DNA from: Calcarisporiella thermophila CBS 279.70
Taxonomy: Eukaryota > Fungi > Calcarisporiellomycota
Direction of reading: 5' to 3'
Length of the DNA stretch: 64,000 nucleotides
Assembly (NCBI RefSeq): GCF_041956535.1
Contig: NW_027192206.1
Span: 523,488-587,487 of the forward strand
Positions 49,713-60,066 of the stretch are shown here, piece by piece. Under the pieces are notes generated by a model, which ran no database searches, was not told the DNA's origin, and saw only the letters and a list, made by a program, of their open reading frames with translations. Position 1 is the stretch's first letter, and the number at the start of each line of letters is the position of its first letter. A program made the position numbers and the translations under genes.

Positions 49713-50368
49713 GCACTTTCGAGAATCATGCTATTCCGATCGCTGGATACTTAGGGATTTAGAAGACATACGGGCGGATTCATTGATTTTTCTACTGGCC
49801 CAGATTACGAGATGCCGCCAAGAAATACGTGACGAGCTGCGACGTGTACCAAAGAACTAAGACGAGCAACACTCTTCCAGCGGGACTCCTTCAGCCACTT
49901 GATACACCAACTCAGAAATGGCACCAGGTTTCCAAGAACTTAATCACGCAATTCCCTAAGACGAAGAATGGATTCGACGCAATTATGGTTTTCGTAGACC
50001 GACTGACAAAGATGGCGCATTTCGTTCCAACAACAACAGCTAATGCACCAATTATAGCCAAATTATTTTCGACACAGTATTCAGACTCCATGGCCTGCCA
50101 CAAGCAATTGTTACAGACCGAGATCCACGATTTATCAGCAATTTCTGGAAGGCCCTGCACGAATACTTAGGAACCAAACTTGCAATGTCAATAGCATATC
50201 ACCCGGAAACCGATGGTCAAACAGAAAGAACCAACCGCACCCTAGAACAAATGCTGCGAGCATACGTTTCGTACCGACAAACTAATTGGGATGAATGTCT
50301 GACAGCCGCTGAGTTTGCCCACAATAACGCAAAGCAATCATCTACTAAAGTGAGTCCTTTTATCCTGA
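49713..50368 (+). mobile_element. Ty3/gypsy integrase fragment (zinc-binding + rve core), left arm of fold-back
   Basis: FYWP..RDAAKKYVTSCDVYQRTK; GLLQPL; VFVDRLTKMAHFVP; IVTDRDPRF; AYHPETDGQTERTNRTLEQMLR; AAEFAHNN. Confidence 0.92.
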
Positions 50369-50369
50369 A

Positions 50370-50702
50370 TTAGGTACAAAATGGCTCACTTTAGTAGATG
50401 ATTGCTTTGCATTGTTATGGGCAAACTCAGCGGCTGTCAGACATTCATCCCAATTGTTCTGTCGATAAGTCACGTACGCGCGCAGCATCTGTTCTAAAAT
50501 CCTGTTTGTTCTTTTAGTCTGTCCGTCTGTTTCTGGGTGATAAGCGGTTGACATTGCTAGCTCCGTTCCTAAGTAATCGTGCAGGGCCTTCCAAAAGTTG
50601 CTGATAAATCGTGGATCTCGGTCTGTAACAATTGCTTGTGGCATGCCATGGAGTCTGAATACTGTATCGAAAAATAACTTGGCTATAGTTGGTGCGTTGG
50701 AG
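50370..50702 (-). mobile_element. Second Ty3/gypsy integrase core fragment, inverted, right arm of fold-back
   Basis: MPQAIVTDRDPRFISNFWKALHDYLGTELAMSTAYHPETDGQTKRTNRILEQMLRAYV...AAEFAHNNAKQSSTKVS on the minus strand. Confidence 0.92.
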
Positions 50703-51439
50703 TTCGAGTGGATGACGAATCAACGTCATTAAACTAATTGTTAACTGAGCCATAGCACGAATTTGTATTTGGTACGGTAATCGTAACGGTTCCTGAGCAT
50801 GAGCTAGGATTTACCCATTCCCCTAAGACCCCAGAGCACAAGAATTCTTGAGAGACCATCCTTACGGGAATTGCTTGACTGGACTCCTTCAATATTTGGA
50901 CCATTAGTTTAGGACGAGGGACGAAATCTTGATTCCATTGAGGACATTGTAAAATTTTAATTCGCTCAAGTTAGCTTTGGAAGAACTGGTACCCTGGACT
51001 ACATAAATACGTATGCGAGAATTCGTTAAGTAAAACCAAAGCTTGTCCTAGCAAAACATAATCTGGAGTTACCATCTTCATGATTTGATTGATTGTTATT
51101 CAGAACCATTGTGTCAGCACTAAAATCGCCATAGTCAGAAGTTGTTCCCGAATAAGTAATACAATCACTTTGATTTCCATGAATTGTATTGTTTTCAAGA
51201 TTATTTTGATTACAACGGGCTGTCATGTCTCCCTAAATAATAAAGCCAATGACTATCCGTAAGAATAGCATGTGAGCTATTTCGAAGAATTTATCGGCTA
51301 GCGTTTAACAACATATGTAGAATAAGAATCAGGTAAGAAAAAAAGAAAGCATATTTTCCTCTAGAAAATGAATAAGCTGAATCCAATACCCGATTAATAG
51401 TGGTAAAATGAACCTGTGAACCCTTTTCGTCGACTGGCC

Positions 51440-52870
51440 CAATGTGCAGGCTTTAATCGACCTCATTCTCACACTATTCCATGCATTCATCTGGTTGGAT
51501 CACGTCTCGTCGCAAATTTAAGCTTCATTCCCAAATTGCTTTTTGGGTAATTTTGGGTTAGCTCTGAATAAATATCACTTACACATTCGACATTTCTTCG
51601 GTTTGGTCAAGAAATTTCGTCCAGGGTCATTCTTGTCGCGGGATCTCTCTATCCAGCTATATCGAACGGTTGCTTATCTCTTAGTCCAAAAAAAAATATG
51701 TTGGAGTTGAGCAGCTTGCACAGAAGTGCATCGAGATCTCCACAAGATTATATGGACCTAACCACCCACATACAGCCACTGCGTTGAATAATCCAGACAT
51801 ATTCTATGAGGAGCAAGGCAGGTACAACCGGGCTGAGTCACTCTACCAACAAGCATTAGACATATGGAAGAAGATGACTGGGTGCGACATACATACAGCT
51901 CAGTTTTTCAACAATCTGGCTGTAATCTTTCGTCAACAAGTACGACCAAGCCGAGTCACTCTATCAAAAAGCACTGGACATTTTGAAGAGAAAGTTTGGG
52001 CTCGACCACCCCCAAACAGCCTCGATTATTGGCAACTTAGCAGAACTCTATCGTCATCACGGTAAATACAACCAAGCCGAGTCTCACTACCAAAGAGCTC
52101 TAGAGATTCAAAATAGGGAGCTTGGGCATTACCACCCAGATACAGCATCTACTTTGAATAATCTTGCTTCACTCTATGCCGAGCTGCATAAGGACGACCG
52201 AGCCGAGCCACTCTTTAAACAATCACTGGAAGTTCGGACGAAAGTGCTCGGAGCCGACCACCCAGATACGGCTGGAACTTTGGACAACCTAGCAATAATC
52301 TATCGAGAGCAGAGTATGTACGACCAAGCTGAACAATTCCAACTACAATCCTTGGAGATTAGGAGGAGAGTGTTTGGAACTCGCCACCCAGATACGGCCA
52401 GATCTTTGAGCAATTTAGTCGAGCTATACCGGCAACAAGCCAGGTACAGCCAAGTTGAACCACTCTACTTGCAATCACTGGAGATTCGTAAGGAAGCGCT
52501 CGGGAAGTGCCGCCCAAATATAGCCTTAACTTTGAATAATCTAGCCATACTCTATTGTCATCAGCAGAAGCATGGTCAAGCCAAATCCCTTTTTCGACAA
52601 TCCCTGGACATTAGGGGTAGGGTCCTTGGACAGGGCCATCCACACACCGCCTCAGCTTTGAGCAATCTCGCTGAGCTTTATTGTCAACAGGGCAAGTACG
52701 ACTTAGCTGAGCCGCTGCTCAAACGATCCCTGGGCATAACGAAGAGAGTGCTTGGATCTTATCACCCACTTATAACTTCAACCTTGAATAAGCTTGCAAC
52801 CCTCTATCGGCAACAGAGTAAGTATGACAAAGCCAGGTCACCTTTCCGATAATCTCTGTAGATTCTTAAG
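51440..52870 (+). pseudogene. TPR_10/TPR_12 array (fungal NLR-like ligand-binding end), 5' part frameshifted
   Basis: About eight 42-aa repeats HPDTAxxLNNLAxLYxxQxKYDxAEPLxxQSLEIRxKVLG (ORF 51983-52852 open); upstream repeats broken by frameshifts; no intact N-terminal NTPase seen. Confidence 0.75.
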
Positions 52871-55154
52871 AGAATATCCGTGCTTTTCTATCCGCATACA
52901 AAAAGTCCTATCGACCTTTTACCCATATTTCATATTACAAGCATTGCCACTTTCGGTAGTTTGAAATAAATCATTAGCCCTATTTACCTTTATAAAATGG
53001 GAGTTAAAAATAACCCAGTCGAAGGGAAGCGAACTCGCTTCCTATTTATTTATATGTACCCATCCGAGAATATATGAGTGATAATAAATGCTTAGGCAGT
53101 TAAGCTACAACCCGTTTATTTCTTGCTCTTCAAGTGGAGAGCAATCTTATTCGCAACCTTCTAAAATCTCGGTTACCAAAATGTTTAAAGATTAAACGCA
53201 AACCGCCTTGTTTTCATTACTTTTGGAACCCATTCCATAGCAATATACATGGAAGCATCTCAATCAAAGTAATATGTCGTGCTCATAAACTGATAGAAAT
53301 ACTATGTGGTGAAAAGAACCTTTGATAAACTAGAAAGTGCAAGGAGAAAATACAACAACCTTAGTGAATAGAATATACAATCCTATACCAAAGGATTAAA
53401 TCCTTATTAATTAATGATCCAAGCCAAACAGGGTTCTCGAACATCTTGTTATGGTTGAAGAACACAAGCCAGCCTGCTCCGGAAAACCGGATTACTCTAC
53501 TATACCAGATTTGATAATGTTAAAGTTTATTTATTAACAGAGCTACCGATTCGGACTCGCGGCATACAGTTTGTTAAGGTGGGTCGACCTGGCCCTTTTG
53601 ATTGATCATGGGAGTATTTTTTTTGCCGTGCAGCAAAGAGAGATGCATCATTCCCAGCGTCAGGCCCCATGTAATTAATCCGTGGAGAGTTATCACCGAA
53701 ATTTTCAAAATATTAATCGAGCATTAGCAAACTAGGAACGAACACAAAATATTGGTCCAAGAAAGCGTACCTCCACGGATGATAAATCATGATGCGGCAA
53801 GTCCCATTTGTAACTTTGATCTCTGAAGAGGCAATGGCCTTTGGTCTCTTAGGGAAAACAAAAAAAAAGGAAAATTGGATTTGTCATGGTCGGCAAAAGC
53901 ACAAATTATGTGTGTGAAGTTATTCAAAACTTTTCGGTCGCAAATGCATTTTTCCAGGTCTGTGAGATGATGCAGTGTGGCTTTTCGTTCTTGCAATGCA
54001 TTTAAGCTTTAGCCTTTTTTGTTTTTTCAATGCACACGCTGGTCTAAACCCTTAACGGCAGGATAGCATACCCGCTCAGGCAGAGCGGCATATGGGGGGC
54101 AAAGCAATGGTTTCTTCTTGTGGGGGCGATATCTTAACAGATTTGCTTTGTTAGCAATTACACCCGAGCAATTGCCAAGGACAACCTAATTTCTTAGGTG
54201 TTATTATTAAGCAGGCGAGGGGTCTTAGAAATCACCTCTCGATCCCCCCCCCTAAATGCAAAATTGGCTTTCAGATCTGGCGGGTGTGGCCGAGGCCTGA
54301 ACGCCCTAGGCCCAGCAGAGTGGGCGAGGGGGGGAGGGGGGGAACGTGGTGAGTCACGATACAGGCCACTTGCGGTTGCGATTTGCAATAAATCTTTCCC
54401 GCATCTTCTCACGGTCCCATTTCTCAGGCACCGATCTGCAGACAAGCCGGCCGGCCTTAACACGCCGCAGCCTCTCTTGATCAGAATCGGGCCGTAAATA
54501 AAGCGGACATAGCACGCCCACCATGGGCCTATCGGCTCGACAGAGGGGTTGGGGGAAAACGCACCAACTGCTTGGGCGCCGGAGCTAAATCCAAACCGAG
54601 GGAAGAGGAGGGCCGACTCTGGTTTTAGGTTGGCGAAGGAGCTTGAAAAAGAAGCTTACATGGGAACTGCCGTGTCCGGGGAAGAGAAGGGAAGGCAGCT
54701 CCGTGTTCCCGCACGAGCATGCAGCACCAACCAAACAGGAGGCCCATTGGCGCTAGTGGCTAACCGCTCTCGCAAAAGCCTCCTTCCTCTCCCAGTGGCC
54801 TGGTGGACCGACCCAAACCTTATCCGTCGGTAAAGAGGGATTAGCAAAGGCTGCGCGCCAATTGCCGCGCAGGCGCGCCGAACAGAGTTCTCGACCTTAG
54901 CACTGGGAGGGTTCATATGAACAAGCGTGACGGAGCCCTCCGCGCTTTTCCCGTGCAGAGAAAACATAAGGGCCCGCTATATAACCTCGCCATAACCCAA
55001 GATCGCCGCCAGCTCCGAATCCTCTTTGTATCCACTTAACCTCTTGCTCCCAAGTCACCAATTATTCCGCTCTCCACCCTCTTCCCCGGACCGTCGATGC
55101 TAACCTAATATAAAGCCCCCGTCAGCGCTCGTTCCCGGTCCCCCCCCAACTTGC

Positions 55155-55936
55155 ATGCTCTCGTCCTCTCTAATGGCTTCCAAGGAAGTGATGGACTTCT
55201 TCTCCCTACAGCCGGCCTTGAAGCACGAGCCCCTCCTCCACACCGACCGCCTCGTCCTTCACCCCTCGCTCTTCCCCTCGGCCGAGTCCCCCCCGCCCAC
55301 CCCCTCAGACCCCCTGGCCTACCCGTGCTCGCCCTTCCCCGCGCACTCGCCCCAGCTCTCAGACCTGTTCTCCGCCTCGCCCTCTCCCCCCCCCCTGCCG
55401 CCGTCCCCTGTTCCCTCCCCGCGGCCAACGCGGCCCTCAAAGCACCGCCGCCGCCTCTCTTCCCACGAGACCGCGCTGCTTATGTCTGTCTACGACGTGA
55501 CACCAAAGCCCAGCGCCAACCTACGGCAGCGGTTGGCAAAAGAGCTTGGGATGACCCCGCGCAGCGTACAAATCTGGTTCCAAAATAGAAGGGCAAAGCT
55601 AAAGAGGGAGGAGCTGGAATGCGAGCGGTTTGAGCGGGAGAGCGGCAAGAAGCTTTTTTGTAAGTCCCGAGACCGCTCCCACGAGCCTTTTATCCTCTTC
55701 TTCCTCGTACTTGCGCAACTAACCCTGGCCTCCTCTGTTTAGCGACCAGCCCCACCGCGTCCAGCCTCTTCTATATACCAGCCTCCACGGAGGCCGCCTC
55801 GATGCTTCCCGAGGCAAGCGCCAGTTGGCCCTCCTCTTTCTCAAGCACGGCAGCCTCCCCCACTGATTTTAAATTTGAGTTGGCATTGGACGCGCCCATG
55901 GTTTCCGGTGGCTTTGAAGGCACTTTTTCAACTTGA
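55155..55936 (+). CDS. Homeodomain transcription factor, 2 exons
   Basis: KHRRRLSSHETALLMSVYDVTPKPSANLRQRLAKELGMTPRSVQIWFQNRRAKLKR; intron gtaagt...ctaac...tttag; second exon ends TGA at 55936. Confidence 0.9.
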
Positions 55937-56265
55937 TTGTAGCATCAGCACGCTTTGCATTTTTAATACTCTTGAAAATACCCCCCCCCCCCCTCCCACT
56001 ATTCCCTTGTAGATAGCATCTTGCTGGTTATTAAAATATCAAATAAATATCCACTTCAAACAACAAAGATAAAAATATATTAAACATTATGAAGTTTGCA
56101 CACGGCGCTTTTTTGCTCTATTGTTTTGGATAGCACTATTTTCAACATGGATCGCAAATAAATAACAACAAATTATAGAAATCAATCAAATCAAATGAGA
56201 AAAAGCAGAAGAATTAACATGGAGGAAATGAAGCAATGGATCGATGGAGGGTCGCATTTCATGAG

Positions 56266-56558
56266 CTACGTGGCAAATGATCCCGTTAATTTCGATCCGG
56301 TAATTTTCCGAATGCACGTAAACATGCTTACCTCATGACGACTCTGCCTCGGCCGATCCATCGGCGTGCCCTCTCTCGGTACATTTTGTGTGCTCCTGCC
56401 GCGGTTTCTCGTGCCCAGGCCTCGCCATTGACCAGCGCGGAGCGGCATTGCACGTAGGTGAGCATAAGCAAGTCGGAGACGAGCATGAGAATGGCGGGCG
56501 ACAGGGTCATTAGGCCGAGGAAAAAGAAGAAATAGGAGATAAGAGAGGTGATGTCCAT
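56266..56558 (-). CDS. Possible small membrane protein (3' end uncertain)
   Basis: CCATGG start context; hydrophobic N-terminus LISYFFFFLGLMTLSPAILMLVSDLLML; basic tail ending at a gtaagc donor. Confidence 0.4.
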
Positions 56559-57461
56559 GGAGTCTGCTGGGTTGGTTTAGAGAAGTGCTGCGTGGTGGGG
56601 AAAAAAAAGAGCGAGAGGAGAATGGTAATGGATGCCGGAATGAATGGGAAATGAGAATGCTTCTTCGAACAAACTAAGAACGAGCTATAAATACGGCGGA
56701 TTTTTATTTGGCTTTCTAATGATTGCTGCATTCTCCTTTCATGTGGCTAAACGGCGTGAAGGCTGGGAACGAATTAGAAATCTTCCGGAAGAATTCTGTT
56801 ATCCCATTATCAAGGTTTTATTTCCCTTTACGTTCCTGATAAAACCTACCATTGCAGGGGAGGCGATTTTCCTCACGTAAAAAATCGGAAGACGCAGAGT
56901 TACGCTCCAAGACAAGGAAAGATCAGCCTATCTCCTTAAACAATGAAAGAGAGCAAAAAATAAGCCTCCTCCCCTCTCTATTCACTTTCTTTTCGAGCCC
57001 ACCATGAGCAAAACCCCGGAAAACCCCTCATAATGGAGGCGGTCGTACTAGCCAGACACAAAAACGTGACTATCATTGTGCGATTCCTTAGTGTGAAATA
57101 GATGGTTTATTCTAAGAGTTCAACTCTCTGGTGCTCTAAATCGCAACACCCAGAAATCATCCTGTGACTATAAAAATACAATAAGAATAACACGGTCTAA
57201 AAAATGACCAAAAAAAAAAAATCGGTGGCTCCTCATCAATCCAGCGAGGTTACGAATGCTTGTAGTGAGTAGCGAAATATAAACAAGAAGAAAGCATCTG
57301 AAATTAGCAGAATTCAACTCCGGCCCTTTAGAAGAGTTGGCAAAGGGAGGAGCTGGACTTCGAAGCTGGATTTCTATAGAAGTCATACATTGATAAATAG
57401 AGATAGGAAAGGAAAGAAAGGGTGGGGTCCGGATGATCTAGGGTTGGTGGTATAGCTATAG

Positions 57462-59580
57462 CTACTGCCATATCTAATTTAAAACCATGAAGTGTAGATC
57501 AATCTTTCCTGCTCTTGGCAAATTAAATTAGAAATGAGTATCACCGCACCTTAATAGTTCGATCGGCACATCCGCTGATAAGAAAGTCATCGCCCAACGT
57601 CACCGCGTGGACGTAGCCTGTTCAAAAGGAAAAACGTTTCCATGGTCAGCGGGTGCAATTCACGTCAAAAGGAAGGGGAGAGAGAGAGAGCGCTACCTTT
57701 GTGCCCCTTCAATATCAAGTCACATCTCAACATCCGCGTGTCCCAACGCCTGATAGTGTGATCAAAGCTCCCGGAGAAGAGCTTATATTCTCCCGGCACG
57801 CAAACCAGCTGCCACACCTCCCACCCATGGCCGTGCAGGGTTGCGGTGGGCCCGTAGGTGCGCACGTCGTAACAGTGAATGGCGGCCTCGTAGGTGGAGC
57901 AGAAGAGCTGCCCGTCCCCGACGGCTACCTCTAGCACTTCCGAAGCATGCGTGCCGATGGTGTGGAGGGGCGTGCCGGTGCGAGCATCCCATATGCGGAC
58001 GGTCTTGTCGCTGGAGGCCGTGGCAAGCATGTCATCCACGCAAACCACCCCGTTGATATTGTCCGTGTGCCCGCTGAACGTTTCCAGGCAGCTCAGGGCC
58101 GCGGGGTCCCACATCTTCACGGTTCGATCGCTCGAGGCGCTATACAGCCGTCCGTTCCCAGTGGCAAGGCAATACACCTTTCCGCCGTGGTCGGTCAGGG
58201 TCGCCAGATCCTTGACCCGTGCCCCCTCCCCACCCTCCCCCCCGTTCTGCTCCCATTCCCAGGCACGGATGTTTCTATCCGATCCTGCGCTAAAGAATCG
58301 ATCCTGCTCGGGCACGACCGTCATCGCCCATACCGACATCGAGTGGCCGTCCACCTGGTGCACAAGTTCGGGCGCTTCCTCACTCACCATGGAGCGACTG
58401 CGGAAGATCCGGACCGATCCATCATGGGCCCCTGCATAGATAAGTCCCTGGCTATAGGCAAGGGAGGTGACACCACTTGTGTGCTGGGCAATGGTTTGCT
58501 TGCAAGAAAGTTCTCCATGGGGGAAGCTCTGTTCAAAGTGAGTGTGGGATGAGTCCGTGCATTGTATAGGCAGAACAAATATAGTATACCGATCCGCTGG
58601 ACTCCTCCTTCCCTTCTCCCTTGTCCTCATCCTCACTATGTTTCTCAACTTCAATCTAACAATAAAAATGAGGAGATCAGAACCACACAGGACAGAAACA
58701 CCAGCGATGTTATTGACTAGAATGCTGGGAGTAAAGAGGTGAAGAAAAAACGCACCTCATTTCCAAGCGAACGAATCATCTTTCCGGATATGTGATTCAA
58801 TCGATCAATCTCTAGATGTTGCTCCTGTTTGGAGTGGTATAGCAAAGAGGTTAGCTATTGCCACGTGCACTGCGAAAGCCAAGTCTCGGCCAGAATAAAT
58901 TCACGGGCCCTCACCTCGACGATCTTCTCCAGCTTCATGATACGCTCCTCGAAGCCCTCGAATTTTCGCTTCACTCGTTCGAATGTGCACCCGTTCTTAC
59001 CCTGGTGGACGCTCATCTCCTTCCGCAGCCCCTTGAAGTCGCAGCCGTATCCTGCAAAGGGACACTCGGTGGGTGCAAAGTCACAGACACCGGTATGGTG
59101 CTTCATTTCGTCGAGCTTCAGGGTAGAAGTGCAGCCCGATTTTTTAAACGGGCAGTACACCTCAAGCTCTTGGATCACCGCCGCAAGGGCTAGATTCGGA
59201 TGGAGATCTATCGGGATGCATCGGGAAGGTGCTGAGTGAAGGGGGTAATGGATCAATGACATCGGCCCATGGTACTTACCCGCTACATTGATGCGGGCTC
59301 TGCACAGCGGACAAAAATTCTCTACTTCCACCGCTTGAAAGATGCAGTTGGCACAGTAGGAGTGGCTGCAGCCCTGGGTTATAAGAGGATCTTTGAGGAG
59401 ATCGTGGCACCTAGATGCAGGGAACGCGCCGTTGGGGCAGAATTAGCATCTCTGTTTTTTTTTTCAGTTCGATGCAATGAACACTCACACAGGGCAGTAG
59501 AGAGAATGAGGCGGAGGGTAGACGAACTCATACTCTTGCTCTTCAGGTAATTCGGCCATTCCCGCGGCAGGGGTATTCAT
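57462..59580 (-). CDS. RING + TRAF-type zinc finger + coiled coil + WD40 protein (TRAF7-like E3 ligase architecture)
   Basis: C3HC4 RING (CPVC..CSHSYCANC..CPLC); NLALAAVIQELEVYCPFKKSGC..HTGVCDFAPTECPFAGYGC; coiled coil; about seven WD40 repeats (GH...SASSDRTVKMWD); last exon IWQ*. Confidence 0.85.
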
Positions 59581-60066
59581 CGAGTCGGGTAGATGAACCC
59601 AAGGGGTTACTAAGAAAATGAAAAATCTCGAGCTCGGTGATCTGGGGGCAGTCACAGGCGTTTCTATCGAATTGATTTCATGGACAATGCCGGTCCAGCC
59701 AATGGAGCAGAATCAAGGTCAGAGGTGAAATGATATGAACCGTTGCAAAGCATGTATATATTATTGGATAAAACGAATAGTCCCATTAGAATGGATAGAG
59801 AAAAAGCAAGCGTCGGGATAGAGATAGACTAATATACATCAAGAAAAAAAAAGCATCTTAGTAGGGTTAGAACTTCCAACATCAATCAAAAGAATGGAAT
59901 GGAGACCTAGTAAAATGGAGAGAGAAAAAGGAGAGGAAAGGGGTTGAAAAAAAAGTCCAAATATGATACAAAAAAGATATAGGGAGGAGAAATTGTAATA
60001 AATATATATATAGAAGAAAAAAAAAAAAGACTATTCACAATAGAGATAGGGCAAGAAATGCATGGG

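Noticed and set aside
51026-51226. Asn-rich 66-aa ORF resembling a beta-helix fragment
   Set aside because: Too short and without context to support a call.
51983-52852. Regularly spaced ~126-nt repeats as a CRISPR-like array
   Set aside because: They are degenerate protein-coding TPR units, not identical repeats with unique spacers.
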